Shown here: positions 48,011 to 57,593 of the stretch, piece by piece
Layout: the number at the start of each line of letters is the position of its first letter
How positions within the stretch are numbered: the stretch's first letter is position 1
Assembly (NCBI GenBank): GCA_025920425.1
Contig: JAPDLS010000001.1
Location: forward strand, 308,484-372,483
DNA: 64,000 nt
Source: Candidatus Haiyanarchaeum thermophilum
Lineage (GTDB): Archaea; Nanobdellota; Nanobdellia; JAPDLS01; Haiyanarchaeaceae
Direction: 5' to 3'
Made by a program: the position numbers and the translations under genes
The notes under the pieces: generated by a model
The model's input: only the letters and a program-made list of their open reading frames with translations
The model's database searches: none
What the model was told of the DNA's origin: nothing

Positions 48011-48904
48011 GGTAATGGATTTCCTTGGTTTCTCTTCCATATGTTTATAGAGTTGGAAAAGTTCTCTCCTTCTTGCCTCCAATAGCTCATTCTCCCTTCC
48101 CAGTAACTCTGCCATGCTCAGTATTTTACACCCCATTTTTCTCCCCTCATCCAATACCTCCCTAATCTTCTCAGCATAGTTGAGATCTCTCAGGAGATGA
48201 TGGTCTAGTATCAATTCTCGTACTTGGCTGCTCCTGATGACCCTCAAGAGATTTTCGATACTCTGAGTTAAAGCACTTTCGGGATATTTATAGCCTAACA
48301 TATATGTCATGGGACCATCTACGAAGAGAATTTCAGGATTTTCTTTGAGGATAAATTCCACCTGCTCCTCAAGAGCTGGTCCCTCCACATCACTTGTAAA
48401 CAATAATTTGTCCTCTCCATCTGTAATAGCCACCTCTACCACAAAACCTAATCTCTTATCTATTCCATGAGATACTGGGTTTGAAAATTTGAGAGTAGTT
48501 CCATCTACCTTGAACTCTCTACTATCGCAGTACTCTATCCTCCTAGCGATCCCTTCCACTTTCTTTAAAAAGAGTGCTGATCTCCTCATTTGGCTGAAGT
48601 TTATCTTCTCCCTCGGATGTTTAATGAGCAACCACTTATTTCTGAATTGCTCAGGTTCATCGAGGGAGAAATGGTCGAAATGGTAATGAGTAATCACGAT
48701 TACATCACTTTCTCTACTTCTCTTCAGAATTTCATCCCAAATCTCATTCATCCTCCTTATCTCAATCGCATGGGGTGGAAGCCCATAACGTCTAGGAGCT
48801 AGTGAAACAGAGGGATCTATCATAATAGTAGTATGTTTGGTCGTCACCTGTATGCAAAAACTCCTCACCCCGAGACTCTCAGAAGCTATAGGGAGTACCT
48901 CCAT
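48002..48904 (-). CDS. MBL-fold metallohydrolase (UPF0282-like)
   Basis: ASESLGVRS, THYHFDH, TSDVEGP, DHHLLRD. Confidence 0.9.
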   Translation of the reverse strand: MEVLPIASESLGVRSFCIQVTTKHTTIMIDPSVSLAPRRYGLPPHAIEIRRMNEIWDEILKRSRESDVIVITHYHFDHFSLDEPEQFRNKWLLIKHPREKINFSQMRRSALFLKKVEGIARRIEYCDSREFKVDGTTLKFSNPVSHGIDKRLGFVVEVAITDGEDKLLFTSDVEGPALEEQVEFILKENPEILFVDGPMTYMLGYKYPESALTQSIENLLRVIRSSQVRELILDHHLLRDLNYAEKIREVLDEGRKMGCKILSMAELLGRENELLEARRRELFQLYKHMEEKPRKSITSE

Positions 48905-49101
48905 CTCTTTCCTCCAACATTACTCTTAAATAAGTCTTCCTTCTCTGAACTAATGTTTTTTACCATCTATTTATGTTTGTGGGTTTGGGATTTAGTTATG
49001 CAGATCGTAGAGACCTTCTTACTAGGGAATTTGTGATCTGTCCTTCTCTATAATTGGATTTGGGAGGAAGGCTGCGTTCAACGAAGTAATCCCGCTAGTA
49101 A

Positions 49102-49875
49102 TTATCCAAGTCCTAAAGATTTTCTTTCAGCTAATGTATACTCTACTATCGTGCGATAAAGTGGGGGAGTCAGAACTCCGTCTTCTAGCAAAAATTTAGC
49201 CATTTCTCTAATCGTTAGGAGAGAATATAATTTCAAACCTTCCTTCTCCAAAGCTTCCTTTCCTCCCTGTTCCCTATCTAAAACAGTAAACACTCCCATA
49301 ACCTTTACCCCTATTCCTCTGCGCTTAGCTTCAAGTTCGATTAATTCCTTAGCCTCAAGTTTACTTTCGGCTGTAGTAATCAAATCGTCTACGATTCCTA
49401 TTCTATCACCATCTCTCAACTCCCCATCAACATAACTTTCTATTCCGTGGGTTTTGAAGCCGCTTAATCTTTCAATTTCTTGGATTATCTCTTCAATCCC
49501 CCATTTTCTCTCTGGAGGATAATCCTTCTCTCGGAGGGAAAGTCGAAGTGCATTAACCAGATCTCTATAAATTATCGGCTCCTTTCGTGTGTAACATACA
49601 GGAATTCCTGTTTCCATCCCCACAGCATTTGCTATAGCTAATCCAGCTGCAGGTATCCCACACAGCCTATTTACTTTATCCTCCTCTGATAAGGAATTTA
49701 TTCTTCCAGCCATCGCTTTGCCTACTTCCTTTAGAAGTAGAGGGTAAGAAGAGAGGATCCTCAAATTGATGTAATATGGGCTCTTCCTCCCAGATTTGAG
49801 TACAAAATCTCCAAACTTAACTGCTCCTACTTGATAAAGTTCTCTTGCTAACTCTCTGAGTAAACTCATTCCCAT
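49102..49875 (-). CDS. pyrE: Orotate phosphoribosyltransferase with loop insertion
   Basis: FGDFVLKSGRKSPYYINLR, VDDLITT PRPP motif, DREQGG. Confidence 0.9.
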   Translation of the reverse strand: MGMSLLRELARELYQVGAVKFGDFVLKSGRKSPYYINLRILSSYPLLLKEVGKAMAGRINSLSEEDKVNRLCGIPAAGLAIANAVGMETGIPVCYTRKEPIIYRDLVNALRLSLREKDYPPERKWGIEEIIQEIERLSGFKTHGIESYVDGELRDGDRIGIVDDLITTAESKLEAKELIELEAKRRGIGVKVMGVFTVLDREQGGKEALEKEGLKLYSLLTIREMAKFLLEDGVLTPPLYRTIVEYTLAERKSLGLG

Positions 49876-50582
49876 GACCTAAGCTCCCTAGTCATCTGCT
49901 TGGCAGCTTCTCTCATACTGGGAGCTCCATAGATCGCCCTTCCTACGATCGCATGCCACCTTCCACCAGCTACTTTGGCTACTTCACTTATCCTTCCTCC
50001 CTGCAATATGAAGCCTGGAGCATAGAAAGTTAGCTCCTCTCCCACTAGTGGGAAGAGCAATGCTCTGTAATGCTGAACTCTATCAGCTTTATTTCCTGGA
50101 ACTACAAAATCCTTTATTCCTAACTTAGCAGCCCTAACATAGATCTCATCTAGGGCATCATCTCTGATATACCCTCCCTCACTGGCCTTGTATTGGGGAT
50201 GGGTCATTTCTCCTCCAATAATCACCTCTAAACCCATCTCTTTACATGCTTTAATCCAAGCTTCCTGCGTAGCTGGTCCTGCCTGAGGAAATCCTATTAT
50301 CGCATTAGCTCCCGCTTCCTTCACAGCTCTTGCAAATGGTTGTCCAAGTTCATGGATATCTGTCATGCCCTTCTGATGATCGTAGATTACAGGAAGATCT
50401 GTAAACTTACGCACTATTTCCACTAGTCTCGGTAATCCATAACGAATCGTGAGGATGGCTCCCACTTTATAGGCTCCTATTCCCTCCACGTCACAGGTCT
50501 GTTGAACTAGTTGCTCAAAATGCTTTAAGTCTTCCACATCGCAAGCTGGAATTACACTCCTCTCATACTTGATGAACGGCAT
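49866..50582 (-). CDS. pyrF: Orotidine-5'-phosphate decarboxylase
   Basis: ACD, YKVG, DHQKGMTDI, MTHP, PGF..QGG, IVGRAIY; coupled to pyrE. Confidence 0.9.
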   Translation of the reverse strand: MPFIKYERSVIPACDVEDLKHFEQLVQQTCDVEGIGAYKVGAILTIRYGLPRLVEIVRKFTDLPVIYDHQKGMTDIHELGQPFARAVKEAGANAIIGFPQAGPATQEAWIKACKEMGLEVIIGGEMTHPQYKASEGGYIRDDALDEIYVRAAKLGIKDFVVPGNKADRVQHYRALLFPLVGEELTFYAPGFILQGGRISEVAKVAGGRWHAIVGRAIYGAPSMREAAKQMTRELRSWE

Positions 50583-50676
50583 ATCCTAGAACCTCATCCT
50601 CCATTTTAAAATACTTTTCTCCTCTCAGTAATTTCAAAAAACTGAAAGCTTTAATACTTTCCACTCCTCATGATTT

Positions 50677-50737
50677 AGGGATGTGGACGCTCATGAGCAC
50701 TGAATAAGGATGAGGAGTGATGGGCGGTCTGAACCCT
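50677..50737 (+). ncRNA. C/D-box methylation guide sRNA
   Basis: C (ATGTGGA, degenerate), 12-nt guide, D' (CTGA), C' (ATGAGGA), 12-nt guide, D (CTGA); AGGG/CCCT ends, upstream TTTAATA, downstream T-tract; D guide is complementary to 16S 4232-4242. Confidence 0.85.
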
Positions 50738-50806
50738 TCTCTTTTTATATCACTCAAAAGTAGTTAAAATAGAAAACTTTAAATAGGATTTTTTTGTAAC
50801 TATTTA

Positions 50807-51085
50807 TTGGTGATTACAATGCAAGAAATAAGGAAAAAAGTTAGGGAGGTTGGATCAAGATTAGAGGAAATCTTAAGAGAAGGTGGGGAAATCAGTGGAA
50901 ATAAGGCTAAGGAAGTAAATAAGCTAAGACTCCACCTCCATGCTATTGGGGAAGAACTCAAAGAAGCAGGCTTACTTCCAAGACAAAGTTACCAAACTAT
51001 CAAAGGATTTTGCAGACGATATACACCTAATTACTCTCCCACCATTTTGAGAAGGGTAATTGGAACTCTTCAACCATTCTATTGA
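50807..51085 (+). CDS. Hypothetical protein
   Basis: 92-aa ORF with TATA and GGTGA RBS (likely start 50819). Confidence 0.65.
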   Translation: MVITMQEIRKKVREVGSRLEEILREGGEISGNKAKEVNKLRLHLHAIGEELKEAGLLPRQSYQTIKGFCRRYTPNYSPTILRRVIGTLQPFY

Positions 51086-51133
51086 TTTTTAAAACTCCAA
51101 AAGGTTTTTAGCCATCATCCCTTTTTTCTTTAA

Positions 51134-51874
51134 ATGCTGTTCATCGGCATAGACTTGGCTTGGTCTCCAGAGAATGAGAGCGGAATTGCTGCGATAGCTG
51201 GAGAAGGAACAAAGGGAGAACTAATTGGCTTCGGGATCTGTAGGAGAGATGAGGAAATCCTCTCCTTTATAGATCATTTAGTTGGGGAGGGATATGCCCT
51301 AGTAGCAATCGATGCTCCATTGATAGTACCAAATTCATACGGTTTCAGGCCTGTGGAAAAAGAGATAATAAAGCTCTATCGGAAGGCAGATGCAACTCCC
51401 TATCCAGCCAATAGGAGAAGATTATGCATTCATGGCAGAATAAGGGGAGAAGAACTCGCTACTAAGCTTAAGGGCCTTAGATTTGAACATAACCCATATA
51501 TAAGTAAGTTTCAATCGACTAGGACTTTCTTCGAAGTTTTTCCCCATCCAGCCATGCTTACTATCTTCAGATTGAAAAAGATCTTGAAATATAAAGAAAG
51601 GGCTAACAGAAGTTATGAAATGAGATGGAAGGAATTAAAAAAATATCAGAGGCTTTTGCTCAGGCTGGAAAGAAGAGTCCCTAAGCTCAAGCTTCCGAAG
51701 AAGATAATTCAAAGAAAGGTAGAAGGGCTTAGAGGGAGAGAGCTCAAGCACTATGAAGACCTTCTAGATTCTATCTTTTGTGCCTATATAGCTTATTACT
51801 ACTGGTGCTTTCCTGAAAGGGTTAAAGTCTTCGGGGATCTGGAAAAGGGTTATATCGTAATACCTATACGTTGA
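51134..51874 (+). CDS. DUF429 family (RNase H-like) protein
   Basis: IGIDLAW, AIDAPL, EVFPHP, EDLLDS. Confidence 0.88.
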   Translation: MLFIGIDLAWSPENESGIAAIAGEGTKGELIGFGICRRDEEILSFIDHLVGEGYALVAIDAPLIVPNSYGFRPVEKEIIKLYRKADATPYPANRRRLCIHGRIRGEELATKLKGLRFEHNPYISKFQSTRTFFEVFPHPAMLTIFRLKKILKYKERANRSYEMRWKELKKYQRLLLRLERRVPKLKLPKKIIQRKVEGLRGRELKHYEDLLDSIFCAYIAYYYWCFPERVKVFGDLEKGYIVIPIR

Positions 51875-51875
51875 T

Positions 51876-52784
51876 ATGAGATGCGCAAATGATGGAAGAA
51901 AGGCTGTAGCCAAAATTTCTTATCCTACTATTGCTCTCTGTAGAGATTGTTTCAACTCCTACGTGGAGCGGCGCTTCTTGGATGAAGTAAGGAAATGGAA
52001 ACTAATAGAGCCTAATGAAAAACTGGCATTGGCCCTCTCTGGAGGAAAAGATAGTCTGGTCGCACTTTACCTCATCCACAAATTTTTTCCTGAAAATGAG
52101 ATAATCGCAATTGCAATCGATGAGGGAATTGGGAAATTCAGAGAACTCTCCCTCCTGCAGGCTGAGAAGTACTGTAAGTTGTGGGATGTGGATTTGAGAA
52201 AGTTCAGCTTCCTTGAGGAATTCGGATTTGAAATTCGTTCCATAGCTAGAAAGGTTAGAAATGTATGTACGTACTGTGGAACTCTTAGAAGATATTTGAT
52301 CAATAAGAAAGCTAGGGAGCTCAGAGCACAAAAGGTGGTAGTAGGCCATAATCTAGATGATGAGGCTGAAACTATCCTTATGAGCTCCTTCAAGAGTAAT
52401 TTGATCGACCTGCTAAAACTTGGCCCCATAGCTGGGATTTTAGATCATCCAAAATTCATTCCGCGAGTAAAGCCACTCAGAAAACTCTATGGAAAGGAAA
52501 TCGAAACTTTTGCTAGGCTCAATGGAATCAAAGTAGTTCCAAAGAAATGTCCGTACATCAAGTATTCTTACCGTTACGGAATTAGGAGACTCCTGAATTC
52601 CCTCGAGGCTAAGGAACCTGGGACGAAGTTCAGGATCCTAGAGGCCTTCGATGAATCTTTCCCAGCACTCAAACAGAAAATTAAATTGGAAGTCAAGCTC
52701 TCAGAATGTAAAAACTGTGGTGAGCCGAGCTCCACCAGCTTATGCAGATGTTGTCAGCTCTTGAGATCAGTTAAGCTTAAATAA
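51876..52784 (+). CDS. TtuA/Ncs6-family tRNA thiolation protein
   Basis: SGGKDS PP-loop, CTYCG, GHNLDDE, CPY, terminal zinc fingers. Confidence 0.92.
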   Translation: MRCANDGRKAVAKISYPTIALCRDCFNSYVERRFLDEVRKWKLIEPNEKLALALSGGKDSLVALYLIHKFFPENEIIAIAIDEGIGKFRELSLLQAEKYCKLWDVDLRKFSFLEEFGFEIRSIARKVRNVCTYCGTLRRYLINKKARELRAQKVVVGHNLDDEAETILMSSFKSNLIDLLKLGPIAGILDHPKFIPRVKPLRKLYGKEIETFARLNGIKVVPKKCPYIKYSYRYGIRRLLNSLEAKEPGTKFRILEAFDESFPALKQKIKLEVKLSECKNCGEPSSTSLCRCCQLLRSVKLK

Positions 52785-52806
52785 ACTCTAGGCTCATTTC
52801 ATATTA

Positions 52807-52879
52807 GCGCGGGTAGCCAAGTGGTTAAGGCGGTCGGCTGCAGACCGACTAATCCTGGGTTCGAATCCCAGCCCGCGCT
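52807..52879 (+). tRNA. tRNA-Cys(GCA)
   Basis: Acceptor GCGCGGG/CCCGCGC-U, GTCGG-CTGCAGA-CCGAC; 3' end overlaps the stop codon of the convergent gene. Confidence 0.97.
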
Positions 52880-54239
52880 ATCTCAGTTTGCCCAAAATGG
52901 AACGAGCTGCAATTATGCCAGTAGCACATGCTCCTATAATTCCTCTGCTTACCCCAGCCCCATCTCCAGCCACGTAAACGTTACTTATACTTGTCTCAAG
53001 TTCTCTATTGGTCTTAACTCTCATCGCATAGAACTTAATTTCGGGAGCATATAATAGAGTTGAATCGTTAGCTATTCCTGGAATCACCTTATCCAATTTC
53101 TCAAGAGCTTCTAAAATATTGGTAATTATCCTATGAGGCATTGCCATGCTTATATCTCCTGGTGTAACGCTCAACAATGTGGGTCTAATTATGCTCCTCT
53201 TAATCCTATCCCAAGTTGATCTCCTCCCATGCCTTAGATCCCCAAGTCTCTGGATGATTGGCTTTCCTCCTCCAAGCGTAGTGGCCAGTTTAGCTATACT
53301 CCTTCCATACTCATTCGTATTCTCCACGGGTTCCGTGAGACCTACTTGAACCAGTAAAGCCAAGTTCGTATTTTCAGACTGTCTATCCTTTCTGGCATAT
53401 CCATTCACACATATGAAATCCCCATAATTTTCTTTTATCACGAAACCATTGTAGTTTGTGCAGAAAGTCCTTACGAAATCATCATATTCTCTAGTCCTTA
53501 TATGGAACTTTGGGTCCCAATTCACCTTGATCACATCCTCTATGAGGGAAGATGGAAACTCGACCCTTACTCCTACATCTACCGGATTAAACTTCCTCTC
53601 TATCCCAAGTTCGGAGCATATTTGACTGAGCCAATTTGAGCCAACTCTTCCAGGAGCGAGGATAAGAAAATCATAATCCAAATTTCCCCTATCCAGTTCC
53701 AAGATCCTATGAATTGGATTCACTTTCCTAGCTTCTCTTCCTATGAGGAATTTTCCTCCAAGAGATGTAATTTCGCGCTTTATCCAGCCCACGAGAGTAG
53801 GCAAGTTCTCCGAGCCCAGATGATATTGCTTCACTGGAATAAATGTGATCCCTGCCTTAGCTGCATTTCTCTGCAATTCCCTCACACCATAATCCTCAGG
53901 AAATTCTATATGAAAGCCACTTTCCCTGAAAATATCTGCTATGTGTTCCATTAGGAGATTTGCTTCCTCCCTACTCATGAACTCGAGCAGATTTCCTCCG
54001 ATCACCGGAGAGAAATTGAGCTTACCATCTGAGAAGAAGCCTGCTCCTCCTACTCCGCAAAGCACATCCATAGCTCCCTCCTCTGCAGGAAGCTCGAGGT
54101 TGATCGTACTCTTCACTCTCTCCTCTATGTCCTTTCCCTTCTCCACGATAATCACTTCTACTTTCTCCCCAGCATTTCTCAGAAGTTCTAGGGCAGCGAA
54201 AAGACCTGCTGGCCCTGCACCAACGATTACTACTCTCAT
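52878..54239 (-). CDS. FAD/NAD(P)-dependent oxidoreductase
   Basis: VGAGPAG, GGAGFFSDGKL, RTFC, AGDGAG. Confidence 0.92.
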   Translation of the reverse strand: MRVVIVGAGPAGLFAALELLRNAGEKVEVIIVEKGKDIEERVKSTINLELPAEEGAMDVLCGVGGAGFFSDGKLNFSPVIGGNLLEFMSREEANLLMEHIADIFRESGFHIEFPEDYGVRELQRNAAKAGITFIPVKQYHLGSENLPTLVGWIKREITSLGGKFLIGREARKVNPIHRILELDRGNLDYDFLILAPGRVGSNWLSQICSELGIERKFNPVDVGVRVEFPSSLIEDVIKVNWDPKFHIRTREYDDFVRTFCTNYNGFVIKENYGDFICVNGYARKDRQSENTNLALLVQVGLTEPVENTNEYGRSIAKLATTLGGGKPIIQRLGDLRHGRRSTWDRIKRSIIRPTLLSVTPGDISMAMPHRIITNILEALEKLDKVIPGIANDSTLLYAPEIKFYAMRVKTNRELETSISNVYVAGDGAGVSRGIIGACATGIIAARSILGKLR

Positions 54240-54284
54240 CCCCTCACCTATGATACCTTAACCTCTTTATAAACTTTTTAAGAA

Positions 54285-55226
54285 TCAATCCTTGATCCCC
54301 TCACTAGTGATCTGAAACACTACTTCCGCTGGAGGAAGATCTGGAGCGTCTACTAGTCTTGCCACTCTTTTGTTTTCCTTCGCCTTCCTCAGGTAAATTC
54401 TATAACCACATGCATGAGCTATCACATGACCTCCAACAGCTGCAGTAGGATCTCCGAATAATATATCTGGCCTTGCCATTACTTGATTCGTCACATATAC
54501 AGCTAGGTTATATCTATCTGCATACCTCTGCAACATATGCACGTATTGATTCAGTTTCTGCTGTCTATCTGCAAGAGTGCCTCTCCCAATGAATTCCGCT
54601 CTAAATAGGCCTGTGAGGGAATCTACCACTATTAGTCTGCCATTAAAACCATTATCTATGATCTCAGGAATTTTCTCGGTAATGAGGATCTGGTGGTCTG
54701 TGGAGAATACTCTGGCCACCTTTATATTTCTCAACACATCGATTGGATTTAGCCCCATTGCCCTAGAAATCTCAGCTATTCTGCTGCTTCTGAATGTCCC
54801 CTCGGTATCTATGAAAAATGCTCCCCCATTTAGTCCTCCTTTATTCTCGGGTAACTGCACATTTACACAGAGCTGGAAGCCTACTTGAGTCTTTCCAGAG
54901 CCAAACTCTCCAAAGAATTCAGTAATTGCTTGGGTAGGTATCCCTCCTCCAAGGAGAGTATCCAATGCCTTGCTTCCAGTACTTATCCTCTTTATATCCT
55001 TTTGTTTCTCAAGGATCTCGTCTGCTCCTAGGAATTCCATCCTCAACTGCTTCCTAGCTTCATTTATTATCCTCCTAGCTATCCCCTCTCCTATTTCGCA
55101 TGCCTCAGCCAGTACTTGAGGAGGAGTAGTAGCTAGAGCCATTAAATCTCTAAACCCAGCATTCCTGAGCTTCTTAGCGATTGTCTCCCCCACCCCGGGA
55201 AGGTCCTCAAGCCTAAATTCTTCCAT
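54285..55226 (-). CDS. radA: DNA repair and recombination protein RadA
   Basis: LPGVG HhH, GEFGSGKTQ, IDTEGTF, GRGTLADRQQKL. Confidence 0.97.
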   Translation of the reverse strand: MEEFRLEDLPGVGETIAKKLRNAGFRDLMALATTPPQVLAEACEIGEGIARRIINEARKQLRMEFLGADEILEKQKDIKRISTGSKALDTLLGGGIPTQAITEFFGEFGSGKTQVGFQLCVNVQLPENKGGLNGGAFFIDTEGTFRSSRIAEISRAMGLNPIDVLRNIKVARVFSTDHQILITEKIPEIIDNGFNGRLIVVDSLTGLFRAEFIGRGTLADRQQKLNQYVHMLQRYADRYNLAVYVTNQVMARPDILFGDPTAAVGGHVIAHACGYRIYLRKAKENKRVARLVDAPDLPPAEVVFQITSEGIKD

Positions 55227-55332
55227 TTAATTGAAGGGAAACTTCCTACTTAAATTTATTTTGTTTCTCGGCTCAAATTGTTACTGAAGAGTAACTGGAA
55301 AGTTTTATCTAAGCTTTTACCTTCTACAATTC

Positions 55333-55539
55333 ATGGAAGGGGAGTTGCTCAATAAGATAAACCAGCTTGAAGAAAGATTGAATGAAGTGGAGAGTAAGCT
55401 AGAAAATCTTACCATGAAGCTTGAGGAGCTCTCAAAGATAGTGGAGGAGAAAAGGCCAATCCTAATCAAGCTTCCCCTCTCTAAGCCTGAGAAGGCTGAG
55501 GGTAAGCTGTTGGAAAGGGCTAAGGAGATCTTCAAATGA
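55333..55539 (+). CDS. Small coiled-coil protein
   Basis: Heptad repeat; ATGA overlap with the downstream ATPase. Confidence 0.75.
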   Translation: MEGELLNKINQLEERLNEVESKLENLTMKLEELSKIVEEKRPILIKLPLSKPEKAEGKLLERAKEIFK

Positions 55540-56294
55540 TAATTTCATTTATAGGCAAAGGAGGGGTGGGCAAAACTACGATTACACTTAATCTAGGAGC
55601 AGCTCTCGCCACATATCTCTCTCAAAGAGTACTCGTGATCGATGGAAATACAAGAGCTCCGAATCTCTCATTTCTCCTAGAACTGAAGGAGGCTGTAAGC
55701 CTCTTCGATCTCATTACAGATCCTAAAAACATAGTGAAGGCGAATACTGAAATCGATGGATTGAAGGTGATCTCCTCCCCGATCGGGAGCAATGCTGAGC
55801 TAGATTTCGAAGTCCTTAAATCCCTATTAAGTTTCTTCAATTTGAGCTTTAACTTCATCCTCATCGATACCCCTCCCAGCTTCACTTCAGAAACTCTAAC
55901 CTTCATGGAACTCTCAGATTACAGTATCCTTATACTCAATCCTGAGCCCCTCTCAGTAATTGAAGCCTATAGGGCATTGCAGATAGCAAGTAGGATGAAT
56001 GTTAAATTGCTTGGAATAATTGTAAATAAGTTTAGGCAGGATGCAGTAGTGTCACTGGAGTATATAAGAAGAAATTTTTCTCTCCCAATTCTGGCTGTGA
56101 TCCCTGAAGACCCGATGGTCCAAACCTATACTCTTGAGCAGAAGCCTTTCTCCATCTCAAATCCAAGCACCCCTGCCGGTAGGGCTCTAATGGAGCTCGC
56201 ATCTTATCTCACTGGAAGAAAGATCGAGGTGCAGCTCGAAAAGAGAGGAATAATAGGAACTTTCTTCTCACTCCTCAAGAAGCTCTTCACCTGA
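55536..56294 (+). CDS. MinD/ParA family ATPase
   Basis: GKGGVGKTT, LIDTPP, IPED, C-terminal amphipathic helix. Confidence 0.9.
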   Translation: MIISFIGKGGVGKTTITLNLGAALATYLSQRVLVIDGNTRAPNLSFLLELKEAVSLFDLITDPKNIVKANTEIDGLKVISSPIGSNAELDFEVLKSLLSFFNLSFNFILIDTPPSFTSETLTFMELSDYSILILNPEPLSVIEAYRALQIASRMNVKLLGIIVNKFRQDAVVSLEYIRRNFSLPILAVIPEDPMVQTYTLEQKPFSISNPSTPAGRALMELASYLTGRKIEVQLEKRGIIGTFFSLLKKLFT

Positions 56295-56368
56295 TTGGAA
56301 ATCGGAAAGCTCCTATCACTTCCTCTTTAAATTCAAATTTCTTGCTGAAGATTTAGGGTGGGGGTGCT

Positions 56369-56503
56369 ATGAAAATAGAAGTGGTTGGAATAAGCTTGGA
56401 AGAAGTACTTCACTGGATGGAGGAATTTATGAAGAGCGGATTTGAAGTAGCCCTAGACAGCTCAGAGGGAAGGATCTGGATAGACCTGAGACCTGCGAGC
56501 TAA
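56369..56503 (+). CDS. Small 44-aa protein (not in ORF track)
   Basis: MKIEVVGISLEEVLHWMEEFMKSGFEVALDSSEGRIWIDLRPAS*; strong GGGGTG RBS. Confidence 0.65.
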   Translation: MKIEVVGISLEEVLHWMEEFMKSGFEVALDSSEGRIWIDLRPAS

Positions 56504-56537
56504 TAAAGCTTTAAAGCTTCCATCTCATTTAATCTTC

Positions 56538-57311
56538 ATGAAGCTCGAGCTCTTGGACTCTGAAATCCTCGAGAGGGTTAAATCATATGGAAAATGTAGG
56601 CGAATAGTGGAAGCTCTCCTCGCAGATCCTAGAATAGATGCTTTACTGGAGCAGGCAAATAAAGTAGCTATCACACGTCTGGGTTTCAACGATCATGGCC
56701 AAGTTCATGCCAAGATAGTACTTCTGAACTCTCTGAAGATCTTCGAGCTACTAACTCCATATTACACACCTAGCATCATAGCTGAAGGGATTGGGGATGT
56801 GGAAGATGTAATGATCGCCCTATGTACTGGGGCCTTTCTTCATGATATAGGAGTCTCTGTCACAAGGGATCATCATGAGCTTTTAGGAGCTCTCCTTGCT
56901 AAGGACATAGTAGTAGATCTCCTCAGTGAGGTGTACGAGCTGAGAAAGGCATATAGAATCCTTCCGATCATCTTAGAGGCAATTGTATGCCACATGGGTA
57001 CTTATAAGAGCACAAGTTTAGAGGCAAAGATCGTGGGAGTAGCTGATGGCACTGACATGACCAAAGGAAGGGCGAGGATACCATTCCACATAGGAAAGGA
57101 AGATATTCACAAATTCTCTGCATTAGCTATAGATGAGATCCAGATCTCCCGAGGAATAGACAAATTAGTTAGGATCACTGCCAGTATGCAGGATACAGCC
57201 GGGATCTTTCAAATAGAGGAGATCTTACTCAGGAAGATCAAAGGAGCAGGGCTAGAAGAGGCTATTGAAGTATTTGCCATAGTAAAGGGAAGGGAGATAA
57301 GGTATCTCTAG
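56538..57311 (+). CDS. HD-domain phosphohydrolase
   Basis: RLGFNDHG..H, LHDIG, ADGTDMTKGRAR. Confidence 0.9.
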   Translation: MKLELLDSEILERVKSYGKCRRIVEALLADPRIDALLEQANKVAITRLGFNDHGQVHAKIVLLNSLKIFELLTPYYTPSIIAEGIGDVEDVMIALCTGAFLHDIGVSVTRDHHELLGALLAKDIVVDLLSEVYELRKAYRILPIILEAIVCHMGTYKSTSLEAKIVGVADGTDMTKGRARIPFHIGKEDIHKFSALAIDEIQISRGIDKLVRITASMQDTAGIFQIEEILLRKIKGAGLEEAIEVFAIVKGREIRYL

Positions 57312-57523
57312 GAAAGCTTGTACTTGAAGTAGAAGGGGCATTTCCTGCATACTTCTGGAAGAAGATCCTCATCTCTCTCCCTTAAAAATGGTTTAAGTTC
57401 TTCTTCACTCGGGCAATCATCGTAAGTTCCTCTGCAGTTTGGAAATCTCAGAGAACTTTCTTTCTTCTCCCATTCTGTCTTTACCTTCCTCTTTATCTTC
57501 GGTCTCTTCCTCTTTCCTCCCAT
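57308..57523 (-). CDS. Small Cys-containing protein with basic N-terminus
   Basis: PNCRGTYDDCP...CRKCPFY. Confidence 0.65.
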   Translation of the reverse strand: MGGKRKRPKIKRKVKTEWEKKESSLRFPNCRGTYDDCPSEEELKPFLRERDEDLLPEVCRKCPFYFKYKLS

Positions 57524-57593
57524 GCCAATTTGATCAACCCTTAATTTTTATACCTTACTAAAATTTATAAGATGGGCTTATTTCTAAGCTTAT

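Noticed and set aside
48833-49100. 67-aa ORF or ncRNA in the gap between the MBL hydrolase and pyrE
   Set aside because: The ORF overlaps the MBL gene start and lacks recognisable features; no convincing RNA structure or boxes
52821-53054. 77-aa ORF
   Set aside because: It starts inside tRNA-Cys and runs antisense to the oxidoreductase
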